The notes beneath the pieces were generated by a model. That model was not told the DNA's origin and ran no database searches. It saw nothing but the letters and a program-made list of their open reading frames with translations. 64,000 bases of DNA from Acidimicrobiia bacterium (lineage in GTDB: Bacteria; Actinomycetota; Acidimicrobiia; IMCC26256; PALSA-610): NCBI GenBank assembly GCA_038239145.1, contig JBBSFB010000004.1, positions 19,563 through 83,562 on the forward strand. Reading direction: 5' to 3'. Shown piece by piece: positions 52,557 to 61,551 of the stretch. Both the position numbers and the translations under genes were made by a program. Position 1 is the first letter of the stretch; every line of letters starts with the position of its first letter.

Positions 52557-54104
52557 CTATCCGAGCTTGGCGCGGGCTTGCTCGCGCAGCTCGTACTTCA
52601 GCACTTTGCCGCTCGCGTTGAGCGGCAGCGTGTCGACGATCTCGAAGTAGCGCGGCACCTTGTAGTTCGCCATCTTCTCCCGGCACCAGGTCCGCAGCTC
52701 GTCGGGGGTGATGCTCGCGTTGAGCCGGGGGATGACGTACGCGTACCCGACCTCGCCCATGCGCTCGTCGGGGATGCCGATGATCGCGACCTGGCCGACG
52801 GCGGGGTGCTCGTTGATCATGTTCTCGATCTCGGCCGGGTATGCGTTGAAGCCGCCGACGATGAACATGTCCTTGGTGCGATCGGTGATGCGTATGTATC
52901 CCCGCTCGTCCATCACCGCGACGTCGCCTGTGTGCAGCCAGCCGTCGGTGTCGATCGCCTCCGCGGTCGCCTCGGGGTCGTGGATGAAACCGCGCATGAT
53001 GTTGTACCCGCGGATCACGACCTCGCCCGGCTCCCCGCGCGGTACTTCGGCGTTCTCGTCGTTGACGATACGCACCTCGACGTCGGGAATGGCGCGGCCC
53101 GACGTGGTCGAGATGGTCTCGGGATCGTCGTCATGGCGGCACATCGTCGCGATGCCCGTAGCCTCGGTGAGTCCGTAGCCGGTCACGATCGTCTCGAAGC
53201 CGAGCTCGGCGCGCATGCGCCGCACGAGCTCGACCGGCACCGCGGCGGCACCGGTCACTGCGAGCCGCAGTGATGACATGTCGAACTCGGCGAGCCGCGG
53301 GTGGTCGAGAATCGACTGGTACACGGTGGGCGGTCCAGGGAGCATCGAGACGCGTTCCTCGGCCGCGTGTTGCATCACCTCGTCGACGTCGAACACGGCA
53401 TGGGGGATGATCGTCGCGCCTTTGACGAGGCACGCGACGATGCCGGCGTTCAACCCGAACGAATGGAAAAACGGGTTGACCACGAGGTAACGGTCGCCGG
53501 GCCGCAATCCGACGACCGTCGACCACGCGTCGTACGCGCGTACGGTCGCCCCGTGCGTGAGCATCGCCCCCTTGGGTCGACCCGTCGTGCCCGACGTGAA
53601 CAAGATCGCGCAGAGATCGTCGCCGGTGAGGCCCTCGGGCAGCGCCGCTCCGTCGTCGCGGCCGAGGAACTTCATCCACCCCGGTCCGCGGAGATCGACG
53701 ATCTCGGCCAGGTCTGCCGGCGCGGGCTCGACCCGCAACAACGCCGCGTAGTTCGTGTCCAGGAAGTCGGTGACGGTGAAGAGCAACTTCACGTCGGCCC
53801 GCTCGAGCACGTAGCGCGCTTCGGCCCCCTTGAACCGGGTGTTCAGGGGAACGAGCACCGCTCCGGCCCGGAAGATCCCGAGCGCGGCTACGACCCACTC
53901 CGTGCAGTTGGGCGCCCAGATCGCAACCCGGTCTCCGGGCGCGATCCCGGTCGCGACGAGCGCGCTCGCGGCCCGGTCGGCCTGCCCGGCCAACTCCGCA
54001 AAGGTGACCCGGTCCCGCTCGTCGACGAGGGCCTCGGTGTTCGCGAACGATGCGGCGGCGCGGTCCACGAGCCCCGGTATCGTCGAGGGCAGCTGATCGG
54101 TCAT
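52557..54104 (-). CDS. Acyl-CoA synthetase (AMP-forming)
   Basis: ORF trimmed to the ATG at 54104 (MTDQLPSTIPGLV). Contains FTSGTTGRPKGA, GYGLTE, TGDVAVMDERGYIRITDRTKDM and ASGKVLK. Confidence 0.9.
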   Translation of the reverse strand: MTDQLPSTIPGLVDRAAASFANTEALVDERDRVTFAELAGQADRAASALVATGIAPGDRVAIWAPNCTEWVVAALGIFRAGAVLVPLNTRFKGAEARYVLERADVKLLFTVTDFLDTNYAALLRVEPAPADLAEIVDLRGPGWMKFLGRDDGAALPEGLTGDDLCAILFTSGTTGRPKGAMLTHGATVRAYDAWSTVVGLRPGDRYLVVNPFFHSFGLNAGIVACLVKGATIIPHAVFDVDEVMQHAAEERVSMLPGPPTVYQSILDHPRLAEFDMSSLRLAVTGAAAVPVELVRRMRAELGFETIVTGYGLTEATGIATMCRHDDDPETISTTSGRAIPDVEVRIVNDENAEVPRGEPGEVVIRGYNIMRGFIHDPEATAEAIDTDGWLHTGDVAVMDERGYIRITDRTKDMFIVGGFNAYPAEIENMINEHPAVGQVAIIGIPDERMGEVGYAYVIPRLNASITPDELRTWCREKMANYKVPRYFEIVDTLPLNASGKVLKYELREQARAKLG

Positions 54105-54134
54105 GCCGACAACTTGCCACACGACGAAAGCCGG

Positions 54135-54851
54135 ATGCGCATGCCCGATCCCGGACGCGACGGATACGCCCAGTCGTTCGAGACACTCCGAGTGGATCGC
54201 CGGGGTCCCGTTGGCTGGATCGTCTTCGACCGGCCCGAGGCCGCCAACGCGATGAACGCGCGGATGATGGACGAGCTCGAACACGCCTGGCGCCGCCTCG
54301 ACGACGATCCCGAGGTGCGGGTTATCGTCAACACCGGCGCCGGAAAGGCCTTCCAGACCGGGCTCGACCTGGCGCAGCTCGCCCGGGATCCGGCTGCGTT
54401 GCGGGAGCAGTCGCGCCGCACCAAGCGCTTCGAGCTGCGCTTCACGTCGTGGCACAACGAGGTCTGGAAACCGGTGATCGCCGCAGTCAACGGTGTGTGT
54501 GCGGGTGGGGGACTGCACTTCGTCGCCGATGCCGACATCGTGATCTGTTCGGCGAACGCCTCGTTTGTCGACCCGCACGTGTCGGTCGGGCAGGCAACCG
54601 TGTTCGAGACGATCGGCCTCGCGAAGAAGTCGCCGATGGAGTCGGTGTTCCGCATGGCGTTCGTCGGACGGCACGAGCGGCTCTCGGCCGCTCGTGCCTA
54701 CGAGCTCGGCATCTGTTCACAGGTCGTGGAGCCGGACAATCTGGAGGCTGAGGCGCAAGCGCTCGGTGAGTTGATCGCGCGGAACTCGCCCGCTGCGCTC
54801 GCGCACACCAAACGCGTGCTGTGGGGCGTGCTGGACCGGGTCGGATCATGA
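54135..54851 (+). CDS. Enoyl-CoA hydratase/isomerase family protein
   Basis: ATG at 54135 (or 54141). Contains FDRPEAANAM, GAGKAFQTGLD and AVNGVCAGGGLHFVADADIVI. It is divergent from 52557-54104 with only about 30 bp between the starts. Confidence 0.85.
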   Translation: MRMPDPGRDGYAQSFETLRVDRRGPVGWIVFDRPEAANAMNARMMDELEHAWRRLDDDPEVRVIVNTGAGKAFQTGLDLAQLARDPAALREQSRRTKRFELRFTSWHNEVWKPVIAAVNGVCAGGGLHFVADADIVICSANASFVDPHVSVGQATVFETIGLAKKSPMESVFRMAFVGRHERLSAARAYELGICSQVVEPDNLEAEAQALGELIARNSPAALAHTKRVLWGVLDRVGS

Positions 54852-55567
54852 CGACTGCCCATCCTGGCGAACGTCCGGGTGAACCTCCCGACGAACTTCC
54901 GGGTGAGGTCGAGAACGGCGTGCAGATTGGCACCGCGATCGTCTCGTACATCGAGCCGCATCCCGGAAAGGCGATCGCCTTCAATCGTTGGTACGAGCGC
55001 GATCACTTCCCCGCCACAGTGAAGGCCGGCCCGGGGGTCTTCGCCGGCGCCCGCTTCGTCGCGACCCGTACGTGCAAGGAGTTGCGCCCGCCTGGCCGCC
55101 TCTTCGGCGACCCGGCCCGGGGCTCGTACCTCGCGGTGGCATGGGTGCTCCCGGAAAAACAGGCCGAGTGGGACGAGTGGGTCGCGCGGGAGATGGAGCA
55201 GATCGCGGCGCAGGGTCGGTTGTTTGCCGGCCGCGACCACGTGCACACCGCCGTCTACCGGGCCGTTTCGCAGTCGAACGCGGTCGAGGCGATCGTCGCG
55301 CTCGACCGGGGGCTGGGCGGCGCGATCATCGCCGCCGACGAGCATGCGGTCCCGCTCCTCGACGTCCCGGTCGCGGTCGGGCTGACCCTCGAACGCACGA
55401 TCGTGTCGCAGGCCGAGCCTCCCGCCCACGACCTCGTGATCGGCTTTTGTGCCGGCGATCCCCTCGCCGCGTTCCGTGCGCTCGCGCCGACGGTGGCGAC
55501 CGCCGGGTTCGCGAGCCCGTTCCTCGCCACGGTCCCCGGCACCGACCACTACGCGACCGAGCTCTGA
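54848..55567 (+). CDS. Hypothetical protein
   Basis: ATGA overlap with the upstream hydratase. 239 aa (IVSYIEPHPGKAIAFNRWYERDHFPATVKAG...). No family recognised. Confidence 0.6.
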   Translation: MTTAHPGERPGEPPDELPGEVENGVQIGTAIVSYIEPHPGKAIAFNRWYERDHFPATVKAGPGVFAGARFVATRTCKELRPPGRLFGDPARGSYLAVAWVLPEKQAEWDEWVAREMEQIAAQGRLFAGRDHVHTAVYRAVSQSNAVEAIVALDRGLGGAIIAADEHAVPLLDVPVAVGLTLERTIVSQAEPPAHDLVIGFCAGDPLAAFRALAPTVATAGFASPFLATVPGTDHYATEL

Positions 55568-55591
55568 GGGAGCTGGCCTAACGTCGGCCTG

Positions 55592-56011
55592 GTGAACACC
55601 ACCCTGCTCCTGTGCGACCACGCCCAAGAAGTCGCGGGCAAGCTCTACGTGCTCGGGGGTGGCTGGAGCATCTATCGCGGCGCGCCGGTGACCATGGGCC
55701 TGGCCGTGAAGATCGCCGTCCCGTGGGAGGCCGCGAACATCCCCCACGATTTCGCGGCCCGCCTCGTGACCGAGGACGGCCTCGACCCGGTCCTGCCGAC
55801 TCCCGAAGGGGGCCTCGGCGCGACCAGGGTGGAATTCCAGGGCCGTTTCGAAGCCGGGCGACCGGCCGGGCTCGCCCCGGGTAGCGACCTCGACGCCCCC
55901 TTCGCCGTGAACATCGCCGGGCTCCCGCTCACGCCCGGACGCTACGAGTGGCAGGTCGAGATCGACCAGGAGGTCGTCGGCCGGGTGCCGTTCACGGTCA
56001 TGGAGGCCTGA
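55592..56011 (+). CDS. Hypothetical protein
   Basis: 139 aa with a GTG start: MNTTLLLCDHAQEVAGKLYVLGGGWSI... The composition is protein-like. No secure family. Confidence 0.55.
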   Translation: MNTTLLLCDHAQEVAGKLYVLGGGWSIYRGAPVTMGLAVKIAVPWEAANIPHDFAARLVTEDGLDPVLPTPEGGLGATRVEFQGRFEAGRPAGLAPGSDLDAPFAVNIAGLPLTPGRYEWQVEIDQEVVGRVPFTVMEA

Positions 56012-56107
56012 GCGATACCGGATTCCTTATCCGGCCGTCAGATGCGCCGATGATGCCAGCGGAACCGCTCTGAGCCCCCTTCCCCCCAAGGGGCGGGAGA
56101 GCGCGCG

Positions 56108-56137
56108 ACGGCCCGCCGGTGAAGACCGGCGGGCCGT
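56108..56137 (+). terminator. Perfect 13-bp stem / GAAG tetraloop hairpin
   Basis: ACGGCCCGCCGGT-gaag-ACCGGCGGGCCGT lies 97 nt after the stop of 55592-56011. There is no U-tract, as is common in high-GC actinobacteria. Confidence 0.4.
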
Positions 56138-56337
56138 TGACCATATGTACGGGTCTTCTCCGGCTACGGCCGCTTCCCGATGGCTCGACCCCTCTCCGCC
56201 TCTGTCGGCGCCTGCGCCTGCGTCTCCCGGACCAGTCGGTCACGTCCGGGCGCGGTCTCTGTCTTTGAACCACCGGTTGTCCTCTCCATCTCCCGGCGCG
56301 TGGAAGGTCCCTTCGCAGGCGCGTTAGGTTCGCCGTC

Positions 56338-57090
56338 ATGGGACGCTTCGACGAACGGGTAGCAGTGGTGACCGGCGCGGGATCGGGGCTCGGGCACGCA
56401 ACCGCCCGCCAGCTCGCAGAGGAAGGCGCCCGGGTCGCGTGCTTCGACATCGCGATCGACGCGGCCGAGAAGGCGGCGGCGGAGATCGGCGAGCAGGGTG
56501 GGACCGCCCGGGCCTACAAGGTCGACGTCTCCGACCCCGACTCCGTGCAGGCGGCGATGGCCGGGGCCGCGAGCGATCTCGGCCGGCCCCAGGTGGTCGT
56601 GAACAGCGCCGGGATCGGCAAGTTCGCGAACACGCACGAGGTGCCGTTTGCCGAATGGCAGCGCATCATCGGCGTCAACCTCACCGGCACCTTCCTCGTG
56701 TGCCAGGCCGCGCTCCCGCACCTTCTCGACGGCGGCGGGAACATCGTCAACATCGCGTCGAACGCCGGCATCCGTTCGCAGCCGTTCTCCGCCGCGTACT
56801 GCTCGTCGAAGGCCGGCGTGATCCATCTGACCAAGGTCATCGCCGACGAATACCTGAAGCGGGGCGTGCGCGCGAACGTCGTGGCGCCCGGCGGCATGGA
56901 GACGCCGCTGCAGGAGGCGTTCTTCGAGTTCCCCGAAGGCGCCGACTGGAAGTCGATGCGCAAGGCGATGTCGCCGCTCGGCAACTCGCAACCGGCCGAG
57001 GTCGCCAACGTGGTCGCGTTCGTCGCGTCCGACGAATGTCGCTACATGACGGGCTCGGTCGTCTCGATCGACGGTGGCATCACGGTATGA
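56338..57090 (+). CDS. SDR-family oxidoreductase (FabG-like)
   Basis: 250 aa with VAVVTGAGSGLG, NSAG, YCSSK and PGGMETP. Confidence 0.9.
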   Translation: MGRFDERVAVVTGAGSGLGHATARQLAEEGARVACFDIAIDAAEKAAAEIGEQGGTARAYKVDVSDPDSVQAAMAGAASDLGRPQVVVNSAGIGKFANTHEVPFAEWQRIIGVNLTGTFLVCQAALPHLLDGGGNIVNIASNAGIRSQPFSAAYCSSKAGVIHLTKVIADEYLKRGVRANVVAPGGMETPLQEAFFEFPEGADWKSMRKAMSPLGNSQPAEVANVVAFVASDECRYMTGSVVSIDGGITV

Positions 57091-58625
57091 CGTACGTGGC
57101 ATCCGAAGCGATGATCCTCGACGCGGGCAGCGTCTGGGAACTGGTCGACCGGCGCACGGCCGCGACCCCGGATCGCGTCATGCTGTACGACGGCGAGCGC
57201 ACGACGACGTTCGCGCAGTACCGCGAGCTCTGCGAGCGCGCTGCGGCCGGTCTCCACGCACTCGGCGTCAGGGAAGGCACCAACGTCTCGTGGCAACTGC
57301 CCACGTGGACGGAGTCGGCGGTCCTTGTCGGCGCGCTGTGCCGGCTCGGCGCGGTGCAGAACCCGATGCTCCCGATCTACCGCTACCGCGAAGTCTCGTT
57401 CATTGCGAAGCAGACGCACTGCAAGCTGTTGATCACGCCATCGACCTGGAACAAGTTCGACTACGGCGCGTTGGCCGAACAGGTTGCCGGGGAGAGCGAC
57501 GACATGCACACGTTCGTCGCCGACCACTTCAATCCCGAAGGTGATTCCGCGTCGTTGCCACCCGCGCCCGAGGTGTTCGACGAACCCGATCGCGATCCGG
57601 TCCGCTGGATCTTCTACACGTCGGGAACAACTGCCGATCCGAAGGGGGCGCAGCACACCGACCGCTCGGTGTTGGCCGGCGCCATCGGGTACGCGGAGAA
57701 AACGCACGTCGTGGCCGACGACATCGCGCTCGTCGCGTTCCCGTTCACGCATATCGGCGGGATCATCATCGGTGTGTATACGCCCCTGCTCACGGGTTCG
57801 GCCGCGGTGCTCATGGAAGCATGGACCGCGCCGGCGTCGACCGAGCTCATCGGCCGGCACAAGGTGACGTTGGCCAACGGCGCGGCCGCGATCCACACCG
57901 CGCTGCTCGACGAGGCGCGCGCCAACCCGGCCGCGTACTCGACGGTGCGCGACTTCCCGAGCGGTGGATCCACGAAACCGCCGCAGCTGCACGACGAGCT
58001 GAAGAAGGTGATTCCGAGCTCGATCGGGACCACCTCCGGGTACGGCATGACCGAAGCCCCGATCGTCGCCCAGACCGACATCGACGCCCCCGACATCTCG
58101 AAGGCGACCGCCGAGGGCACGCCGACGCGCGGCGTCACGATGAAGATCCTGGAGAACGGCGAGATCGCGGTCAAGGGTCCGCAGGTGATGCGGGGGTATG
58201 TCGACGGCTCACTCGACGCGGCCGCGTTCACCGCCGACGGGTTCTTGCTGACCGGCGACCTCGGTCGGTTCGACGAGCACGGCGCCATCCTCATCACCGG
58301 CCGGGTCAAAGACATCATCATCCGCAAGGGCGAGAACGTCTCGGCCAAAGAGGTCGAGGACGTGCTCTACACCCACCCCAAGATCGCCGACGTGGCGGTG
58401 CTCGGCATCCCCGATGTCGACCGGGGCGAGATGGTCGTGGCGTTCGTCGTGCCCAAGGACCCCGGCGCCCCGCCGACAATGATCGACGTGCGCGAGCACT
58501 GCAAGGCCGTCGGCCTGATGATGCAGAAGATCCCGGAGCGGCTCGAGGTCATCGACGCGCTGCCGCGCAACCCGAGCGGCAAGGTGCCGAAGCACGAGCT
58601 GCGCGCCCTGATCAGCCCGACCTGA
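57087..58625 (+). CDS. Acyl-CoA synthetase / AMP-binding enzyme
   Basis: ATGA overlap with the SDR. Contains YTSGTTADPKGA, GYGMTE, TGDLGRFDEHGAILITGRVKDII and PSGKVPK. Confidence 0.9.
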   Translation: MTYVASEAMILDAGSVWELVDRRTAATPDRVMLYDGERTTTFAQYRELCERAAAGLHALGVREGTNVSWQLPTWTESAVLVGALCRLGAVQNPMLPIYRYREVSFIAKQTHCKLLITPSTWNKFDYGALAEQVAGESDDMHTFVADHFNPEGDSASLPPAPEVFDEPDRDPVRWIFYTSGTTADPKGAQHTDRSVLAGAIGYAEKTHVVADDIALVAFPFTHIGGIIIGVYTPLLTGSAAVLMEAWTAPASTELIGRHKVTLANGAAAIHTALLDEARANPAAYSTVRDFPSGGSTKPPQLHDELKKVIPSSIGTTSGYGMTEAPIVAQTDIDAPDISKATAEGTPTRGVTMKILENGEIAVKGPQVMRGYVDGSLDAAAFTADGFLLTGDLGRFDEHGAILITGRVKDIIIRKGENVSAKEVEDVLYTHPKIADVAVLGIPDVDRGEMVVAFVVPKDPGAPPTMIDVREHCKAVGLMMQKIPERLEVIDALPRNPSGKVPKHELRALISPT

Positions 58626-58648
58626 TCAGCCCGCCCTGATCAGCTTCC
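58607..58648. repeat. Three tandem copies (14-bp period) of a motif containing the palindrome CTGATCAG; both convergent genes stop inside it
   Basis: cctgatcagcccga / cctgatcagcccgc / cctgatcagcttcc. Plus-strand TGA occurs at 58609, 58623 (the real stop) and 58637. Minus-strand TGA (tca) occurs at 58612-14, 58626-28 and 58640-42 (the real stop). Confidence 0.9.
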
Positions 58649-59350
58649 GGCCCGCCTGACGATCCCGTCGAACAGGCGCTGTTGCACCGCGTCGTCGTCG
58701 GCGGTGTCCTCCGGGTGCCACTGCACCGCGAGGAGGAACGCGCCGTCGAGCTCGAGCGCCTCGACGATGCCGTCCGCGGCGCGGCCGACGACGCGCAGCC
58801 CGTCGCCGAGTGTGTCGATCGCCTGGTGGTGGTGACACGACGCCGTCACCTTGGTCGCGTCCATCACCTCGGCAAGCAACGAGTCGCGGTCGAGCGTGAT
58901 CTCGTGTTGACGCGCGCCACCCGCCACACCCGGTTGGCCGTGTGCGGGCACGCCGGGATCTTCGGTGATGTGTTGATGCAGCGTGCCTCCCCGGGCCACG
59001 TTCAGGATCTGGATGCCGCGACAGATCGCGAGCGTCGGGACCGAACGGGCGGTGGCGGCCTCGGCCAACGCGCATTCGAAGTCGTCGTCGGCGGAATCGA
59101 CGCCGTAGACGCTCGGATGCGGCTTGTCGCCGTAGCGGGCGGGGTCGACGTCGGGACCGCCGGTGAGCACGAGTGCGTCGACCCGGGCGAGGAGTTCCTT
59201 GGGGTCCTTCGCGTCGTTGACGATGACGGGCTGGCCACCGGCGCGCAGCACCGCGTCGACGTAGCGGTAGGGGAGCGCGGCCGCGCCCGAGTACGGCCAC
59301 TTGTCGGTCCGCCCGAGCCGACGGCCCGTGAGCGCCACGATCACGGGCAC
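58640..59350 (-). CDS. Gamma-glutamyl hydrolase / class-I glutamine amidotransferase (PuuD-like, peptidase C26)
   Basis: ORF trimmed to the GTG at 59350, 5 nt after the upstream stop. Contains LVLTGGPDVDP, LAICRGIQILN (nucleophile Cys) and VQWHPE. Confidence 0.85.
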   Translation of the reverse strand: MPVIVALTGRRLGRTDKWPYSGAAALPYRYVDAVLRAGGQPVIVNDAKDPKELLARVDALVLTGGPDVDPARYGDKPHPSVYGVDSADDDFECALAEAATARSVPTLAICRGIQILNVARGGTLHQHITEDPGVPAHGQPGVAGGARQHEITLDRDSLLAEVMDATKVTASCHHHQAIDTLGDGLRVVGRAADGIVEALELDGAFLLAVQWHPEDTADDDAVQQRLFDGIVRRAGS

Positions 59351-59354
59351 GGGT

Positions 59355-60737
59355 TCACCATTGGTCGAAATTCCGGCGCCGTTCCCAGTCGGTGACGGCC
59401 CGATTGAAGTGCAACCACTCCTGGCGAGCCGTGTTGAGCAGATGCTCGTGTACGCCGGCACCGAACGCGTCGGTCGCGACTTGCGATCCCGCGAACGCGT
59501 CGGTTGCCTCGACGAGGCTCGCAGGAACGCGGTCGACGTCGGTCGCGGCGTACGCATTGCCGTTGAAGCGCGGACCGGGATCAATGCCGTGTTCGATGCC
59601 GTGCAGCCCCGCCGCGATCGTGGCCGCGAACGCGAGATACGGATTGGCGTCGGCGCCGGGGATGCGCGACTCGAGCCGGAACGACGAGCCGTGCCCGACG
59701 AGCCGATACCCGCACGTGCGGTTGTCGACACTCCATGCGAGTGCGGTCGGCGCCCACGACTCCGGCTGGTACCGCTTGTAGGAGTTCACGGTGGGCGCGT
59801 ACATCCACGCGAGCTCGCGTCCGCACGCGATCTGCCCGCCGAGCCAGCCCCGCATCGCCGGCGAGAGATGGTCGGGAGCGTCGGCGTCCCACATGAGCGC
59901 GTCGCGGCCGTCGGGCGACCACAGACTCGAGTGCACGTGGCACGACGAACCGACGTCGTCGGACGAGAACTTCGCCATGAACGTGACCGCGCGGTTGTGT
60001 TGCGCCGCGATCTCCTTCACGCCGTTCTTGTAGATCACGTGACGGTCGGCCATCTCGACCGCGTCGGCGTAGACGAGGTTGATCTCGTGCTGACCTTTGC
60101 CCGCTTCGCCCTTGGAGAACTCGACGGGGATGCCCGCACCGTCGATGCCGTTACGGATGTCGCGGATCAGGTACTCGTCGCGCGTCGTCTGGAGGATGTG
60201 GTAGTCCTCGACGACGAGCGAGTGGGGTGTGAGGTTCGCGAAGTCCTTCGCCGAGGCCTCCTCCAAGGACTCCCGGAAGACGAAGAACTCGAGCTCGCTC
60301 GCGAAGTTGAGGGTGAAACCGGCGGCGGCGGCCCGTTCGACCTGTCGTTGCAGGATGCGCCGGGGTGACACCTCGACCGGTGTGCCCGTCGTCTCGTCGA
60401 GGACGTCGCAGAGCACGAGCGCCGTCTTCTCGAGCCACGGGATCGTGCGGATGGTCGTGAGGTCCGGTTGGCACGCGACGTCGCCGTAGCCCTGGTCCCA
60501 GCTCGCGAACTCGTAGCCGGGCAGCACGTTCATCTCGCTGTCGACGGCGAGGAGGTAGTTGCACATGTGCAACGGGTCGCGCCCGGCGTGCATGTGCTCG
60601 CGCCAGTACGAACCCGTGACCCGCTTGCCGACGAGCCGGCCCTGGAGATCGGGGAACGCGACGAGAACGGTGTCGACCATGCCCGCGTCGATGAACTGTT
60701 CGAGCTCCGCGGTTTGCAACATTCCTCGGGCGGTCAT
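59355..60737 (-). CDS. Glutamine synthetase-like gamma-glutamyl-amine synthetase (GlnA3/GlnA4/PuuA-type)
   Basis: 460 aa with ELEFFVF, EFSKGEAGKGQHEINL, NSYKR and FRLESRIPGADANPYLAFAA. Confidence 0.9.
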   Translation of the reverse strand: MTARGMLQTAELEQFIDAGMVDTVLVAFPDLQGRLVGKRVTGSYWREHMHAGRDPLHMCNYLLAVDSEMNVLPGYEFASWDQGYGDVACQPDLTTIRTIPWLEKTALVLCDVLDETTGTPVEVSPRRILQRQVERAAAAGFTLNFASELEFFVFRESLEEASAKDFANLTPHSLVVEDYHILQTTRDEYLIRDIRNGIDGAGIPVEFSKGEAGKGQHEINLVYADAVEMADRHVIYKNGVKEIAAQHNRAVTFMAKFSSDDVGSSCHVHSSLWSPDGRDALMWDADAPDHLSPAMRGWLGGQIACGRELAWMYAPTVNSYKRYQPESWAPTALAWSVDNRTCGYRLVGHGSSFRLESRIPGADANPYLAFAATIAAGLHGIEHGIDPGPRFNGNAYAATDVDRVPASLVEATDAFAGSQVATDAFGAGVHEHLLNTARQEWLHFNRAVTDWERRRNFDQW

Positions 60738-60771
60738 CCGCCCAGCCTATTTACTCGGGAGTCACGCCCAT

Positions 60772-61551
60772 TTACTCCGGCGTCACGTAGGCGGCGGTGA
60801 TGCCGCCGTCGACGACGAGGGAGGCGCCGGTCATGAACGACGCGTCGTCGGACGCAAGGAAGAGGGCCGCCTTCGCCAGTTCCTCGGCCCGGCCGAGGCG
60901 GCCCATGGGGATGTGCACCAGGCGCCGGGCGCGCCGGGCCGGGTCCGACAACAGTTCCTCGAGCAGCGGGGTCTGGATCGGCCCGGGGCACAGCGCGTTG
61001 GCCCGGATTCCCTGGCGCGCGTACTCCACCGCGATCTCGCGGGTCATCGACAACACGCCGCCCTTACTCGACGTGTACGCGATCTGGGCGGTCGCCGCAC
61101 CCATGAGCGCGACGAACGATGCGACGTTGACGATGCTCCCACCACCCGACGCGATCATCGCGGGGATGCCGGCCCGGCAACCCAGCCACACGCCCTTTAG
61201 GTTGATGTTCATCACCGTGTCCCAGGTCGACTCGGGCGTGTCGAGGACGCCACCGTCGTCGGCGGGGAAGATGCCCGCGTTGTTGTAGAGCACGTGCAGC
61301 GCACCAAACGTGTCGGTCGCGTGCTTCACCATCGCTTCGCAGTCGGTCCACTTGGCCACGTCGGCGCGTACGTACGTGGCCTCGCCCCCCGCGGCGCGCA
61401 CCGCGTGGACCGTCGCGTGACCTGCGTCGTCGACGACATCGGTCACGACCACCTTGGCGCCTTCGCTCGCGAACAGCTTCGCGGCCGATCGACCCATGCC
61501 GCTGCCCGCGCCGGTGATGAGGGCGACCTTCCCCTCGAGCCTTCCGGTCAT
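60772..61551 (-). CDS. SDR-family oxidoreductase
   Basis: 259 aa with KVALITGAGSGMG, NNAG, YTSSK and PGPIQTP. The ATG overlaps the upstream stop (ATGA). Confidence 0.9.
   Translation of the reverse strand: MTGRLEGKVALITGAGSGMGRSAAKLFASEGAKVVVTDVVDDAGHATVHAVRAAGGEATYVRADVAKWTDCEAMVKHATDTFGALHVLYNNAGIFPADDGGVLDTPESTWDTVMNINLKGVWLGCRAGIPAMIASGGGSIVNVASFVALMGAATAQIAYTSSKGGVLSMTREIAVEYARQGIRANALCPGPIQTPLLEELLSDPARRARRLVHIPMGRLGRAEELAKAALFLASDDASFMTGASLVVDGGITAAYVTPE

Noticed and set aside
56074-56137. 6C-type small RNA call for the C-rich-loop hairpin plus the downstream strong hairpin.
   Set aside because: Only one C-rich loop is present, whereas the 6C family has two as I recall. I cannot run a covariance model. 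It is kept only as part of a low-confidence finding, not as an ncRNA feature.
56011-56153. 48-codon minus-strand ORF (MVNGPPVFTGGPSRALPPLGGKG...) across the hairpin region.
   Set aside because: Its GC3 bias decays in the second half. The sequence is Gly/Pro low-complexity, it is built from palindromic hairpin arms, and it would run into the 3' end of the convergent gene.
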